Shown piece after piece: positions 30,473 through 43,986 of a DNA stretch of 64,000 nucleotides. Numbering within the stretch: position 1 is the first letter of the stretch; each line of letters starts with the position of its first letter. The notes under the pieces were generated by a model. The model was not told the DNA's origin, searched no databases, and was given only the letters and a program-made list of their open reading frames with translations. The stretch is from Escherichia coli (GTDB lineage: Bacteria > Pseudomonadota > Gammaproteobacteria > Enterobacterales > Enterobacteriaceae). The position numbers were made by a program, and so were the translations under genes. The stretch lies in the NCBI RefSeq assembly GCF_022846255.1, contig NZ_AP025682.1; one strand, given 5' to 3'.

Positions 30473-32011
30473 TTAGTGCGCACCGCCTCCGCCGCCACCT
30501 GCGCCAAATGGCGGTTTAGCAAACCACACCAGCCCCAGCAAGACGAGGAATATCCCCGCCGACATCCAGAAGATCTCATTGGCAGAAATAATCAGCCCCT
30601 GATTGGTGATCTGCTGGGCAATCCAGCCAGAGGCCTGCTGTTGCGTCATCCCCAGTCCTTCCAGTTGACTGTACATCGCCTGGGCGTTCGGGTTATACGG
30701 GTTCACCGATTCGGTCAACTGTGCATGGTGCAGCGACTCGCGGTTGGTCCACATGGTCGTGGTTATCGACGTGCCGATAGACCCCGCCAGCGTTCGCGTA
30801 AAGTTGGAGAGGCTCGATGCCGCCGCCAGTCGTTCCGGTGGCAAACCGGACAGCGTAATGGTGGTCAGCGGCATAAAGAAGCAGGCCACCGCAAAACCCT
30901 GGATAAACTGTGGCCAGGCCGACGCGCCAAAATCCATACCCGGTTCAAAGGTATAGGCACGCCAGTAGAAGCAGACGGCATACATAATAAAGCTGAAGGT
31001 TACCAGTCGGCGCATATCCAGTTTATGCGCGAAGCGGCCGATAATCGGCGACAGGATCACCGGAATAATCCCTACCGGCGCAGAGGCCAGCCCTGCCCAC
31101 GTCGCCGTGTAACCGTAGACCTCCTGCAACAACTGCGGCAGCAGAACAATCGCGCCGAAGTAGAGCATATACGCGAGGCTGATACACAAGCAGCCGATGG
31201 TGAAGTTGCGCGACTTAAACAACGACAGATCGACTATCGGGTTATCGTCGGTCAGCTCCCAGACAATCAGGAAGCAGATAGCCACCACCGCCACCACGGT
31301 GAGGATGATAATTTCCTGTGATGAGAACCAGTCCAGCTCTTTACCGCGGTCGAGCATAATCTGCAGGCTGCCGATACCAATAACCAGCAGTGCCAGCCCC
31401 ACGGCATCAATCCGCCGCCGTTCGGTGCGGGTTTCACGTCCGCGCAGAGTTTGCAGTGTCATCAACACCACCGCCACGCCAATCGGCACGTTGATGAAGA
31501 ATATCCAGCCCCAGTGGTAATTATCACTGATATAACCGCCGAGGATCGGGCCGCAAATTGGCGCAACAATCACCGTCATCGACCACAACGCCAGCGCGAT
31601 CGAGCGTTTGGCTGGCGGGTAGTTATTCAGCAATAGACTTTGCGAAAGCGGGATCAGCGGCCCGGCGACAATCCCCTGAATCACGCGGAAGAAGATCAGC
31701 ATATTCAGGCTGCTGGAGACACCACACGCCCACGACGCAATAGCAAAGGCGATGGTTGACCAGAGGAACAATTTCACTTCCCCGATGCGCTTTGCCAGCC
31801 AGCCGGTAAGCGGGATCGAGATGGCATTCGCCACCCCGAAAGAAGTGATCACCCACGTTCCCTGGCTGAGCGATGAGCCCAGATTCCCGGCGATAGTGGG
31901 GATCGCCACGTTAGCAATGGTGGAGTCCAGCACCTGCATGAATGTCGCCAGTGACAGCGCAATCGTCATAATGACCAGTTGTGCGCCTTCCAGCGGTTTT
32001 TGCTGTTGCAT
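30473..32011 (-). CDS. emrB: Multidrug efflux MFS transporter, 14-TMS type
   Basis: Start at MQQQKPLEGAQL, 3 codons inside the longest ORF (30473..32020); glycine-rich C-terminus GAGGGGGGAH. Confidence 0.94.
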   Translation of the reverse strand: MQQQKPLEGAQLVIMTIALSLATFMQVLDSTIANVAIPTIAGNLGSSLSQGTWVITSFGVANAISIPLTGWLAKRIGEVKLFLWSTIAFAIASWACGVSSSLNMLIFFRVIQGIVAGPLIPLSQSLLLNNYPPAKRSIALALWSMTVIVAPICGPILGGYISDNYHWGWIFFINVPIGVAVVLMTLQTLRGRETRTERRRIDAVGLALLVIGIGSLQIMLDRGKELDWFSSQEIIILTVVAVVAICFLIVWELTDDNPIVDLSLFKSRNFTIGCLCISLAYMLYFGAIVLLPQLLQEVYGYTATWAGLASAPVGIIPVILSPIIGRFAHKLDMRRLVTFSFIMYAVCFYWRAYTFEPGMDFGASAWPQFIQGFAVACFFMPLTTITLSGLPPERLAAASSLSNFTRTLAGSIGTSITTTMWTNRESLHHAQLTESVNPYNPNAQAMYSQLEGLGMTQQQASGWIAQQITNQGLIISANEIFWMSAGIFLVLLGLVWFAKPPFGAGGGGGGAH

Positions 32012-32027
32012 CACACGCACCTCTGGA

Positions 32028-33200
32028 TTAGCCAGCGTTAGCTTTTACGATATCGTCGATCAGTTTATTGACAGGTGCCAGGCTGATTTCACGCGCGGTA
32101 CTTACCGCGACCGGTGTGGAACGTACTTTGTTTGCCAGTACCTGACCGTCACGGTTAGTGGTATTGACACTCACCAGCGTGGATAAACCGATACGCAGCG
32201 GGTATTGCTCCAGCTGTTTCTGGTCCAGTTCAATACGCACAGGCAGACGCTGAACGACTTTGATCCAGTTACCGGTGGCGTTTTGCGCCGGAAGCAGTGA
32301 GAACGCGCTACCTGTGCCCATATCCAGACCAACCACTTTACCGGTGTATTTCACATCATCGCCGTAAATATCGGTGGTGATGGTGACCGGTTGACCGATA
32401 CGCATATTGGCAATCTGCGTCTCTTTAAAGTTGGCATCCACCCACATATTGGTGGCTGGAACGACCGCCATCAGCGGCGTCGTTGGGCTAATTTGCGCCC
32501 CAGGCTGTACCGCGCGGCGGGAGACATAACCGGTCATCGGACTGACAATACGGGTACGCTCCAGCGCCAGCCAGGCGTTACGTACTTCGGTGGCAGCCTG
32601 TTGTACGGCAGGCTGATCTTCCAGTTTCGTCCCCAGAATCATCGCCTGATTGGCATTGTATTGTTGAATAGCGACGTCCAGTTGCGCCTGGGCACTGGTG
32701 ACGGCGTCGCGGGCGTGTTGCAGCTCTTCGCGACCAATCAGGTTGGCATTGCCCAGCGGCACACGGCGGTTGTAGTCGCTTTGTGCTTTCGCGAGGGCGA
32801 TTTTTTGCACCTCAATATTCGCCTGCAACTGTTTGCTGTTAATCATCAGCTGGTGGGTTTGGCGAACGCTGGAAGCCAGTGCAGTTTTTGCTTTTTCAAA
32901 CGCCTGGCGAGCATCTGTCGGGTCGAGAGTGACCAGCACGTCGCCTTCTTTTACAAAATCGGTGTTATCGGCCCAGACTTTCGTCACGCTGCCAGACACC
33001 TGAGACATAATTTGAATCTGATTCCCTGCCACGTATGCGTCATCGGTTTCTTCGAAATGACGCAGTACCAAAAACCAATAAATCCCTATCGCTACGGCAA
33101 TAATTATAAAGAGCAAGGTGAGAAGGAGGAGCAGACGCTTACGTTTGCCGCTCTTCTTTACCGGTTGCTGCGGGGTTTGAGTCTCCGCATTTGCGCTCAT
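32028..33200 (-). CDS. emrA: Multidrug efflux periplasmic adaptor (HlyD family)
   Basis: Start at MSANAETQTP inside the longer ORF (32028..33212); single N-terminal TM then coiled-coil. Confidence 0.94.
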   Translation of the reverse strand: MSANAETQTPQQPVKKSGKRKRLLLLLTLLFIIIAVAIGIYWFLVLRHFEETDDAYVAGNQIQIMSQVSGSVTKVWADNTDFVKEGDVLVTLDPTDARQAFEKAKTALASSVRQTHQLMINSKQLQANIEVQKIALAKAQSDYNRRVPLGNANLIGREELQHARDAVTSAQAQLDVAIQQYNANQAMILGTKLEDQPAVQQAATEVRNAWLALERTRIVSPMTGYVSRRAVQPGAQISPTTPLMAVVPATNMWVDANFKETQIANMRIGQPVTITTDIYGDDVKYTGKVVGLDMGTGSAFSLLPAQNATGNWIKVVQRLPVRIELDQKQLEQYPLRIGLSTLVSVNTTNRDGQVLANKVRSTPVAVSTAREISLAPVNKLIDDIVKANAG

Positions 33201-33326
33201 ATTGTTCTCCACGATCTTCTTAACTCATCGGCTGAGCCGACCTGCTTGCCAAAAAGGCCAGCATGTTACGATGCTGGCCGGTTATTTTTTCTTTTATAAA
33301 TCTGGATTTTTGAGCGAGATGACGCG

Positions 33327-33857
33327 TTAGCTCATCGCTTCGAGAACCACACCGTCCTGTTCCATCTGGTCGAGGCGGGAGAGCAATTTGCGGGTGATTT
33401 GCTCGAGCTGGTCTTTTTCTGTTGTGCTGAGCGCGGACCAGAGTTGATGCAGGCAGTTATGCTGCGGCGGTAAAACCTCGCGCAAAAACTCGTGACCTTT
33501 TTCCGTTAATTGCAGATGCAGGCAGCGGCGATCGTTATCGCTTTCACGACGTTCGATCCAACCGCGTTTTTCCAGTTCATCGGCAATACGCGTCGCGTTG
33601 GTACGGGATGATCCAAGTGCACAACTCAATTCAGAAGGCTGAATACTGTGGTTTTCCTGAGACTCCAGCGTAATCAACGCCATAAACAACGTCTCGTTAA
33701 TCCCCTGAGCCTTCAGCATTTTATTGCGGTTTTCCAGCAGCTTGCTTTGCATATGCATGCAAAGACGGGTCAGAAGGATCTCCTGATAAGGAAAATCTTC
33801 GTGGCGGCTGGCGCGAAATTTTAGCATTTGTTCAATGGGCGTAAACGAACTATCCAT
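33327..33857 (-). CDS. mprA: MarR-family repressor of emrAB
   Basis: 176 aa; winged-helix MarR fold; first gene of the emrRAB operon (also called emrR). Confidence 0.93.
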
Positions 33858-33947
33858 TTGGGTATGACCTCATTAATTTCAGCCGATATAGTAACGACAG
33901 TGACAAATAAAGTAAATGTATTGTTTTAGAAAAATGATTCTTGTGGG

Positions 33948-34283
33948 TTATATAATCGCCATCACTTTCCAGGCGAGCCCATAGGCCAGCGCACTAAGCA
34001 GTGTTGGGATGATAATGCTGCGTGTTTTATAGAAACTGGCACCCAGTACCGCGAAGCCGACCAGTGTGGGCACGAAACGGCGTGTATCGTGCATCACTTC
34101 TGGTGCGGTAGAGACAACCAGCAGAGCGCATATCGAGGCGATGCCAATGGTGTCGAGCAAAATACCTACCGCGCCACGTTTGGTTGGGCGGGCATTACCC
34201 ACACGCAGGCGCAGCGGCAGATAGCGGAAGCAATAATTCGCCGCGCCAACCAGTAACCCAAGCAGCAGAACCTCATAGCTCAT
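33948..34283 (-). CDS. ygaH: L-valine exporter small subunit (AzlD-like)
   Basis: 111 aa hydrophobic; overlaps the ygaZ stop. Confidence 0.9.
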   Translation of the reverse strand: MSYEVLLLGLLVGAANYCFRYLPLRLRVGNARPTKRGAVGILLDTIGIASICALLVVSTAPEVMHDTRRFVPTLVGFAVLGASFYKTRSIIIPTLLSALAYGLAWKVMAII

Positions 34284-35010
34284 CGGGCGCTCCTTGCCAG
34301 AATGCCTGGATTAACGCAGTGAGGCAGCCACAGACAATGCCTGCCAGAATGGCGACGGGAATAGAAAATAGCGTTACGCCTGCAAGGGCACCAACTAACG
34401 CTGCGGTAACGCAAAGAGATTGTTTGCGCTGGAAAGAGGCGAGCAGGAAACTCATAAAGAGTGCCGGAAGCATAAAACCTAATGCTGCTTCAACGGCGGG
34501 ATAACCTTGCAGCAAGCCGCTGCCGGAGAATGCCCCTATTACCGTACCAAATACCCACGATGACCATGAACTGAAGGCAATGCCGATCATCCAGTTTTCG
34601 CTCCAGCGGCGATTATTGCGTACCAGTTTTGCGGTTGCGGCGGCAAAAACCTCATCCGTCAGGCCAAACGCCCACAGGGCGGTTTTCGATTTTTGCAGAC
34701 GCTGAATAATACGGCTACGCAGTGACGGGCCATACAAAACATGGCGAACATCCATTGCCATGACGGTCAGTGCAGCAACCCACAAACTACTCCCGGCTGC
34801 CAGCATCGCGGTAATGACGAACTGGCTCGCGCCTGCATAAATGATGCAGGAGAAAAAAACGCTTTCGAGAGGAGAGAATCCCAGACGGGTCGCATTCAGA
34901 CCGAACGCAAAGGCCACCGGAATATAACTAATAACAATCGGTAAACTGTCTTTGCATCCTTCCATGAAGGTCGCCGAACCAGGAGCAGGCTGTGGAGTAG
35001 GGCTTTCCAT
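34273..35010 (-). CDS. ygaZ: L-valine exporter large subunit (AzlC-like)
   Basis: 245 aa polytopic membrane protein upstream of ygaH. Confidence 0.9.
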   Translation of the reverse strand: MESPTPQPAPGSATFMEGCKDSLPIVISYIPVAFAFGLNATRLGFSPLESVFFSCIIYAGASQFVITAMLAAGSSLWVAALTVMAMDVRHVLYGPSLRSRIIQRLQKSKTALWAFGLTDEVFAAATAKLVRNNRRWSENWMIGIAFSSWSSWVFGTVIGAFSGSGLLQGYPAVEAALGFMLPALFMSFLLASFQRKQSLCVTAALVGALAGVTLFSIPVAILAGIVCGCLTALIQAFWQGAPDEL

Positions 35011-35133
35011 AGAGTGTACGCTTAACGATTGTTAATATTATAAATAGACTGAATGAATATCTTAACCTTATCAGACTGATGGGCTTCTTAACACCCTTAT
35101 AAGTGTAAAGCCACGAAAACGGTTGCTGATTGC

Positions 35134-36318
35134 TTAATTTGCGGCTTCCTGACGATGAAAACCTCGCCACCAGACCAGTAAGTTAACCAGGGCAATCGTC
35201 GCGCCAGCCAGACACACGCCAGCCCAACCGCCATGTTGCCAGGCTGAGGCTGAAATTAGCGAACCAGCGGCACCGCCAATAAAGTAGCTGGTCATGTAAC
35301 CTGCGGTCAGGCGATTACGCGCATCAGGGTGTATTCGATAAATTACCGTCTGGTTAGTGATATGCACGCCCTGCACGGTGAGGTCCAGCACCAGGATGCC
35401 GATAATCAGCGCCAGTACGGAAGTGTGACCAAACCAGATTGCCAGCCATGAAAGTAACAGCAGCAGCAGACCGAAAGTTGTGGTGTGGTGCGATTTGCCC
35501 TTATCGGCAAAACCGCCCGCCGGACGAGCGCCCAACGCTCCGGCAGCTCCCGCAAGCCCAAACAGACCAATTACACCATCGCTGTAGTTAAAAGGTGGAG
35601 CGGCAAGCAAAAAGGCCATTGAGGTCCAGAGAATGCTGAAGTTGGCAAAGGTCAGGCAGCCCAGCAACGCGCGGGTGCGCAGGATTTTATCGCTGATAAA
35701 CATGCTGAAAACAGAACCTAGCAACTGTGGGTAGTTGAGGTGGGTTTCTGATTTCATTTGTGGCAGACCACGCCATAACGCCAGCGCCATCAGTGCCATT
35801 AATACCGAAGCGACCCAAAAGACAGTTCGCCAGCCACCGAGACTCGCCAGCAATCCGGCAACGGTCCGTGCCAGCAAGATCCCCAACAGCAGCCCGCTCA
35901 TAATGGTGCCGACCACTTTGCCGCGTTTGTCCGGTGAAGCCAGCGTCGCTGCCAGCGGAACCAGAATTTGTGCCACGACTGAGAATAAACCGGTTAATGC
36001 CGTACCGAGGAGCATCATCGCCAGCGACTGACTGCTGGCAGTGATTAACATGCCGCCTGCTGCCAGTAAGGTCATCGAGACAATCAGGCGGCGGCGTTCA
36101 AACATATCACCGAGGGGAACAAGAAACAGCAGACCTGCGGCATAGCCCAACTGCGCGGCGGTAACAATAAAGCCTGCCGAACTGGCGGAAAGGGAAAAGT
36201 TACGCGCGATGGTGTCGAGCAATGGCTGGGCGTAATAGTTACTGGCTACCGCCAGACCGGTGGCGATAGACATCAGCACGATCAGCGCCGGGCTAATCTC
36301 ATGATTAGGTTTAGTCAT
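35134..36318 (-). CDS. ygaY: MFS transporter, apparently intact
   Basis: Uninterrupted 394-aa ORF with about 12 predicted hydrophobic segments. Confidence 0.85.
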   Translation of the reverse strand: MTKPNHEISPALIVLMSIATGLAVASNYYAQPLLDTIARNFSLSASSAGFIVTAAQLGYAAGLLFLVPLGDMFERRRLIVSMTLLAAGGMLITASSQSLAMMLLGTALTGLFSVVAQILVPLAATLASPDKRGKVVGTIMSGLLLGILLARTVAGLLASLGGWRTVFWVASVLMALMALALWRGLPQMKSETHLNYPQLLGSVFSMFISDKILRTRALLGCLTFANFSILWTSMAFLLAAPPFNYSDGVIGLFGLAGAAGALGARPAGGFADKGKSHHTTTFGLLLLLLSWLAIWFGHTSVLALIIGILVLDLTVQGVHITNQTVIYRIHPDARNRLTAGYMTSYFIGGAAGSLISASAWQHGGWAGVCLAGATIALVNLLVWWRGFHRQEAAN

Positions 36319-36419
36319 TATTTTTGTTCATCAGGTGATGATTAAGCTGGAAATCAATAATAGCGGATGTTGATGAATATGGGATGAAAGATAGATTGTT
36401 GAAATGTGCGGTGTGGTTT

Positions 36420-36500
36420 GTAGGTATGATAAGACGCGCCAGCGTCGCATCAGGCATTGTGTACAGAGCGGCGGATGAGGCAAAAACGCCTTATCCGCCC
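36420..36500. repeat. REP/BIME palindromic units in the ygaY-proX gap
   Basis: gataagacgcgccagcgtcgcatcaggc and ggcggatgaggcaaaaacgccttatccgcc palindromes. Confidence 0.7.
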
Positions 36501-36509
36501 GAATAAAAA

Positions 36510-37502
36510 TTACTTCTGCGCTGCCAGCGCCTCATTCACCCAGCCATCGAACTGCTGCTGGTGGGCTTTGATCCAGCCATCAACGTGGCCCTGAATATCG
36601 CCTTCTGAGGCTTTGCCGTCATGCATAATGGCGTTCTGGGCGTTAATATCTGCCACTGGTAACTGCATAATGGCAAACAGTTTCGCTGCTGCCGGGTTTT
36701 TCTCGGCCCAGGCTTTGTTGGCAACGATATGCATGGTACTGACCGGGAAGCCGTAATTCGCGCCATTCGGCAGTTTGGTATCGGCATTTTTATCGCCCGG
36801 CAGTGCGGAGAACGGCACCTGCAACCAGACCACATCTTTCCCCGGTTTCAGTTCGTTACTCACCCAGTACGGCGTCCAGGTGTAGTAAAACACCGGCTTA
36901 CCCTCTTTGTAACGACTGATGGTGTCAGCCATCATCGCTGCGTAGTTCCCCTGATTATGCGTCACGGTATTGGTCAGTCCATACGCGGCAAGCTGGTGGT
37001 TGATCGCACCTTCGCAGCCCCAGCCTGGGTTACAGCCGGTTAAATCCGCTTTACCGTCGCCGTTGGTATCGAACAGTTTGGCGATCTTCGGATCTTTAAG
37101 TTGCGCGATGTTGGTAATTTTATACTGGTCGGCGGTTTTCTTATCGATCAGGTAACCCTGTGCCGCGCCGTTAACAAATACTCCTTCACGATAAAATTTC
37201 TTATCGCCACCGGCAGCTTCGTACATGTTGTCATGCAGTGGCGTCCAGTTCACTGCGGTGAAGGTTGCATCGCCGGAAGCAAGTGAGGTGTAGCCAACGT
37301 TGTAATCCACTTCGCTGGGTTTATTGACGGTATAACCTAATTTCTCCAGCGCACGACTGACCAGCAGTGTCTGGAAGGTTTCTTCGGTGATGGTGCTTTG
37401 AACTGGATTAACAGTAATGCCTTTGCCCGGCAGGTCGGCAGCAAAAGTTTGTGTAGAGATAAGCGTGGCAAACGCTGTCGCAAAAAGTACGCTATGTCGC
37501 AT
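36510..37502 (-). CDS. proX: Glycine betaine/proline ABC transporter periplasmic binding protein
   Basis: Start at [16 protein letters not shown] (signal peptide) inside the longer ORF (36510..37550). Confidence 0.94.
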   Translation of the reverse strand: MRHSVLFATAFATLISTQTFAADLPGKGITVNPVQSTITEETFQTLLVSRALEKLGYTVNKPSEVDYNVGYTSLASGDATFTAVNWTPLHDNMYEAAGGDKKFYREGVFVNGAAQGYLIDKKTADQYKITNIAQLKDPKIAKLFDTNGDGKADLTGCNPGWGCEGAINHQLAAYGLTNTVTHNQGNYAAMMADTISRYKEGKPVFYYTWTPYWVSNELKPGKDVVWLQVPFSALPGDKNADTKLPNGANYGFPVSTMHIVANKAWAEKNPAAAKLFAIMQLPVADINAQNAIMHDGKASEGDIQGHVDGWIKAHQQQFDGWVNEALAAQK

Positions 37503-37558
37503 TGTTATTCCTTTTTTTGGCAGGGTGATATGCCCGGCGTCACCGGGCAAGTGCAGAG

Positions 37559-38623
37559 TTACTTAATGAATGGGCGGGTCAGCAGACCGACAGGGCCAGT
37601 GGTGTACCAGCGACGATTGCCGCGACTGCGTGAGTCGCGCCCAACGGCCTGCGTCAGGCGGTCGAGGATAATGGCGAGGATCACAATCCCGACGCCGCCA
37701 ACGGTGGCAAGCCCCATATCCAGACGACCGATACCGCGAAGTACCATCTGACCCAGCCCGCCGACGGCAATCATCGAGGCGATGACCACCATAGAAAGGG
37801 CCAGCATCAGCGTCTGGTTAACGCCCGCCATAATGGTTGGCATCGCCAGCGGTAACTGAACTTTGAACAGCATCTGGCGCGGGCTGGCACCGAATGAGCG
37901 CGAGGCTTCAATCAGATCCGCCGGAACCTGGTTAATTCCCAGAATCGTCAGACGGATAATCGGCGGCAGCGCAAAGATGATCGTCACCACCACGCCCGGC
38001 ACGTTGCCGATACCAAACAGCATGACGATTGGCACCAGATAAACAAACGCGGGCGTGGTCTGCATGGCATCAAGCAGTGGACGAATAATTTTCGCCGCTC
38101 GCGGACTTCTCGCCAGCCAGATCCCCAACGGCAAACCTATGACGATACAGAACAGCAGGGCTGTTAACACCAGCGCCAGGGTAACCATTGCCTGTGACCA
38201 GGCACCGATTGCGCCGATGGCAATCAGCGAAACCAGCGTCGCCACGCCCATTCCGACCCCGGAAATCTGCCAGGCGATGAGAGCGAAAACGATAATCGCC
38301 ACCGGCGCGGGCATACCCAGCAGCAATTGCTGGAAACCGTTGAGGATGTAATCAACCGGAACGCGCACGCCCTGAAAGACGGGACGAAAATGGGTAACGA
38401 CCCAGTCGATCCCTTCTGTGACCCAACTGTCGAGCGGGATCAGCGTTTTATGGAACGGATCGAGAATATTAAAATGCTCGACGTTTGGCGCAGGCGTACT
38501 GGTCAGCCAGTCAGCACCACCGCCGTCAGTCGGTGCAGCAGCCGGTGTACCCCAGGCGTCTGCGGACTGTGCGGCACTGTCCGCCGCTGGCGTGGTATCC
38601 CACGGATTATTTTGATCAGCCAT
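37559..38623 (-). CDS. proW: Glycine betaine/proline ABC transporter permease
   Basis: 354 aa; hydrophilic N-terminus followed by TM segments. Confidence 0.94.
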   Translation of the reverse strand: MADQNNPWDTTPAADSAAQSADAWGTPAAAPTDGGGADWLTSTPAPNVEHFNILDPFHKTLIPLDSWVTEGIDWVVTHFRPVFQGVRVPVDYILNGFQQLLLGMPAPVAIIVFALIAWQISGVGMGVATLVSLIAIGAIGAWSQAMVTLALVLTALLFCIVIGLPLGIWLARSPRAAKIIRPLLDAMQTTPAFVYLVPIVMLFGIGNVPGVVVTIIFALPPIIRLTILGINQVPADLIEASRSFGASPRQMLFKVQLPLAMPTIMAGVNQTLMLALSMVVIASMIAVGGLGQMVLRGIGRLDMGLATVGGVGIVILAIILDRLTQAVGRDSRSRGNRRWYTTGPVGLLTRPFIK

Positions 38624-39818
38624 TATTTACCCCCTCACGATCTAAAGCGCGCAGCAGCATTCCTTTCGAAATGATGCCGACATACTGTTGGTCCTCGTCG
38701 ACCACGGGCACCGCACAGGGGGCCTGTCCGACATGAGAGAGCAACTCGCTAAGAGGCGTTTGTGCATCGACCGCTAACGGCGCATCAATCAGCGCCGCAT
38801 CAAGACCTTGCTGCTGCGTTAACGCGGTTTTAAGCGAATCGATAGACACTGCGCCGACAAACTTATTACCGCGTTCGATGACGTAGCCATATTCGCGATC
38901 TTCATCCTGCAATAATTTCAATGCCGAACGCGGGCCGAAGCCGGGGGTTTTACGGATTAAGCCGTTCGGTGTCCGGCGAGCAATATCTTTCGCACTGAAT
39001 ACCTGACTAATATCGACGCCACGGAAGAAGGTACGGACATAATCATTCGCCGGATTATTGAGAATTTCATCCGGTGTGCCGACCTGTACCACTTCACCAT
39101 TTTGCATAATGGCAATTCGGTCGCCAATACGCATAGCTTCATCGAGATCGTGGGAAATAAAGACAATTGTGCGCTGATGTTTCGCCTGTAATTTTACCAG
39201 CTCATCCTGCATCTCGGTGCGAATTAATGGATCGAGTGCTGAGAAGGCTTCGTCCATTAATAATATATCCGGATTAATCGCTAACGCGCGGGCTAATCCC
39301 ACACGTTGACGCATCCCGCCAGAGAGTTCATCCGGGTAGCTGTGGGCATAATTTTCCAGCCCGACCTGACGCAGTGCATCAAGGGCTTTTTCCCGGCGTT
39401 CTTCGGCATTAATTCCGGCCAATTCCATACCGAATGCAGTATTGTCCAGCACGGTCATATGCGGCATTAAGGCAAAGGACTGGAAGACCATCGCAATCTT
39501 TTTTCTGCGCACCTCACGGAGTTCGGCGTCGGATATTTTGGCAATATCCACACCATCAATCAGCACTTGCCCGCGGGTGGGTTCAATCAGGCGATTGAGA
39601 AGGCGTACCATTGTGGATTTACCCGAACCGGATAATCCCATGATGACAAATATCTCGCCTTCTTCAATGGCCAGACTGGCGTCTTTTACGCCAAGCGATA
39701 GCCCAGTTTTTTCCAGAATTTGTTCTTTTGAAAGTCCTTGTTCGATATATTTGAAAGCTCGCTGTGGATGCTCACCAAATATTTTATAAAGATTTTTAAT
39801 TTCTAATTTAATTGCCAT
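38616..39818 (-). CDS. proV: Glycine betaine/proline ABC transporter ATPase with tandem CBS domains
   Basis: 400 aa; Walker [13 protein letters not shown] signature LSGGMRQR, Walker B LLMDEA. Confidence 0.95.
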   Translation of the reverse strand: MAIKLEIKNLYKIFGEHPQRAFKYIEQGLSKEQILEKTGLSLGVKDASLAIEEGEIFVIMGLSGSGKSTMVRLLNRLIEPTRGQVLIDGVDIAKISDAELREVRRKKIAMVFQSFALMPHMTVLDNTAFGMELAGINAEERREKALDALRQVGLENYAHSYPDELSGGMRQRVGLARALAINPDILLMDEAFSALDPLIRTEMQDELVKLQAKHQRTIVFISHDLDEAMRIGDRIAIMQNGEVVQVGTPDEILNNPANDYVRTFFRGVDISQVFSAKDIARRTPNGLIRKTPGFGPRSALKLLQDEDREYGYVIERGNKFVGAVSIDSLKTALTQQQGLDAALIDAPLAVDAQTPLSELLSHVGQAPCAVPVVDEDQQYVGIISKGMLLRALDREGVNNG

Positions 39819-40174
39819 GCAATAGAAAGATTCCTGTTATTTGTTTATGTCGATACATTACCCAATGGAAATAGTCACTTTTTTCTACCCTAACATACTG
39901 AGAATCTGAGGCAACCCCTGATGGCAAATGTGGCATGAATATTGATGTGAGCAAATCGCCGGAATTTCCCATGATATAAGGGCTGAGAGCAAATCGAGAA
40001 AAGTTGATATTTTTTGTCAAAGATAGCGAAAAAACGCCTGAATATTGTGGTTTCAGGCGAATAATGCAACAGAGTGTCAGTGTAGATCACCACAAAATAT
40101 TTGCGTGATAAAAAGCTATTTGGTGGGAATTATTTCCCTGCTGCGGGTAGTGATATTTTTGAAAAATAACACCC

Positions 40175-41143
<969 letters not shown>

Positions 41144-43288
41144 TTAAAGTGCACAGGAGACGCAGCCTTCAATTTCAGTGCCTTCCAGCGCCATCTGACG
41201 CAGGCGAATGTAATAGAGCGTTTTGATACCCTTGCGCCAGGCGTAAATCTGCGCTTTGTTGATATCGCGAGTGGTGGCGGTATCGGGGAAAAACAGCGTC
41301 AGCGACAGCCCCTGATCGACATGGCGAGTCGCTTCCGCGTAGGTGTCGATGATCTTTTCTGCGCCGATTTCGTAAGCGTCCTGATACAGCGCCAGATTTT
41401 CGTTAGTCATAAACGGGGCAGGGTAGTAAACGCGTCCTGTTTTGCCCTCTTTGCGTATCTCTACTTTCGCCACAATCGGATGAATACTCGACGTGGCATG
41501 GTTGATATAAGAGATAGAACCGGTTGGCGGCACCGCCTGGAGATTCTGGTTGTATATGCCATAGCGCATCACGTCGTCGCGCAGCTGCGCCCACATCTCA
41601 TGGGTAGGTAACGTAATACCACTACGGGCAAACAGTTCGCCAACTTTCGCCGTTTTCGGCTGCCAGTTCCCTTGCAGATATTGGCTAAAATATTCACCAC
41701 TGGCATAGCGTGACTGTTTGAACCCGGCGAAGGTTTCACCGCGTTCGCGCGCCAGCAACATCGAGGTACGCAGTGCGTGCCAGGTGATGGTATAGAAATA
41801 GAGATTGGTGAAATCGAGTGCTTCCGGCGATCCATAAGCGATGCCTTCTCGCGCCAGATAACCGTGTAAATTCATCTGCCCCAGTCCGATGGCGTGCGAG
41901 GCGGCATTTCCGGCTTCGATGGACGGCACGCTGCGGATATGACTCATATCTGATACTGCCGTTAAACCGCGCACGGCAGTCTCTACCGTGCGGGCAAAGT
42001 CGGGGGAATCCATGGTGTGGGCAATATTCAACGAACCTAAATTGCAGGAAATATCATGGCCTGTACGGGCATAGTCGAGATTCTCGTCATACTCTGAGGC
42101 GCTGTTAACCTGCAAAATTTCTGAGCAGAGATTGCTCATATTTATGCGCCCGGCGATAGGGTTAGCACGGTTAACCGTGTCTTCATACATGATGTACGGA
42201 TAGCCAGACTCAAACTGGATTTCTGCCAGTCGCTGGAAGAAATCACGGGCGTTGAGGTATTTTTTGCGGATGCGTTCATCGGCAACCAGTTCGTCATAGT
42301 GTTCACTGATGGCGACATCGGCAAACGGCTTGCCATAAACTCGCTCTACGTCATAGGGCGAAAACAGCGCCATCTGCGCATTCTCTTTTGCCAGATGGAA
42401 AGTGATATCCGGGATCACCACGCCCAGCGACAGTGTTTTAATGCGGATTTTTTCGTCGGCATTTTCCCGTTTTGTATCGAGAAAACGCAGAATATCGGGA
42501 TGATGAGCATGTAAATAGACTGCCCCAGCCCCCTGACGCGCGCCGAGTTGGTTGGCATAGGAAAATGCGTCTTCCAGCATTTTCATCACCGGAATCACGC
42601 CAGAAGATTGATTTTCAATACGTTTAATTGGCGCGCCCGCTTCCCGCAGATTCGACAGCAAAAATGCTACGCCGCCGCCGCGTTTCGACAGTTGTAGTGC
42701 GGAATTCACTGCCCGGCCAATCGACTCCATATTGTCTTCAATACGCAGCAGAAAACAGGAAACCAGTTCGCCGCGCTGCTGCTTACCGCAGTTGAGGAAT
42801 GTTGGCGTGGCTGGCTGAAAGCGTCCTGACAGCATCTCATCAGTGAGCTGCGTCGCCAGTGTTTCATCGCCTTGTGCCAGCGTCAGCGCCACCATCGTGA
42901 CGCGATCGGCAAAATCTTCCAGATAACGCTTACCGTCGAATGTCTTCAACGTATAGCTGGTGTAAAACTTCCATGCTCCGAGGAATGTCTGGAAACGAAA
43001 ACCGCTGGCGTGCGCGTGGGCAAACAGCGTAATGACAAAATCGCGAGAGTAGCGATTAAGGACGCTTTCATCATAGTAACCTTCGTTAACCAGCCAGTTC
43101 AGGCGCTGCTGCTGGCTACTGAAGGCCACACTGTTCGGACGCACATGCGTCGTCATAAAGGCGTCTACTGCCTGGCGATCTTTATCGAACTGAATGCGAC
43201 CTGCGCTATCGTAAAGGTTAAGCATCGCATTCAGAGCGTGATAATCCATCGTTTCCTGCGTCAGGCGTTCTGCGGTTGTCGTTGCCAA
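41144..43288 (-). CDS. nrdE: Class Ib ribonucleotide reductase alpha subunit
   Basis: 714 aa; C-terminal redox-active cysteine pair ([10 protein letters not shown]). Confidence 0.95.
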
Positions 43289-43671
43289 AATTCGGTTACT
43301 CCTTTACGAACGTTTTCGATATCGCTTTGCGTACCCATGAGTTCAAAGCGGTACAGCCACGGCACGCCGCATTTCCGGGCAATCACATCTCCGGCGCGGC
43401 CATATGCCTCACCAAAGTTGCGATTACCCGAAGCAATAACGCCGCGCAGCAACGCCCGGTTATGCTCGTCGTTTAAAAAGCGAATGACCTGTCGTGGCAC
43501 CGCGCCAGCCGTACCGCCGCCGCCGTAAGAGGGCACGATCAGGATGTAAGGCTCGTCTACCTGAATCCGTTCCCGCTCATTGAGCGGGATGCGCACCGCG
43601 GGCAGCCCTAAACGTTCGATAAAACGCTGCGTATTTTCGGAGCTGCTGGAAAAGTAGACGAGCTGGCTCAT
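43261..43671 (-). CDS. nrdI: Flavodoxin-like NrdI
   Basis: 136 aa; overlaps nrdE by 28 nt and the nrdH stop by 4 nt. Confidence 0.93.
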
Positions 43672-43913
43672 GCACTGGCCGCGTGTGGCGCTGGATGCAG
43701 ACGATTGATCATGTCCGGGCGGAAACCAGACCAGCTAAGATCGCCTGCAATCACAACCGGCAACTGACGAAAGCCCTGAGCACGCAGCGCTTCTGCCGCT
43801 TCAGGAACGCGATCGACATTAATCATTTCAAAATCAAAGCCCCGGTTTTCCATCGCCCGTTTAGTGGCGTGGCACTGAACGCAATCGTTACGAGTGTAAA
43901 TAGTAATGCGCAT
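43668..43913 (-). CDS. nrdH: Glutaredoxin-like protein NrdH
   Basis: 81 aa with CVQC redox motif. Confidence 0.93.
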
Positions 43914-43986
43914 GATTCGTATTTCCGTTTAAAATGAAGATACGGCGCGATGATACGCGTCGGGTTGTCTCTCTGTTGATACAGAG

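Noticed and set aside
30467-31321. 284-aa plus-strand ORF rich in Arg/Gln/His
   Set aside because: Antisense to emrB; low-complexity composition.
32391-33299. 302-aa plus-strand ORF
   Set aside because: Antisense to emrA.
39808-40093. Short minus-strand ORFs (70 and 67 aa) between proV and nrdF
   Set aside because: They lie in the proU upstream regulatory region; no RBS or conservation signal I can see.
42872-43528. 218-aa plus-strand ORF
   Set aside because: Antisense to the nrdE/nrdI junction, which is confidently assigned.
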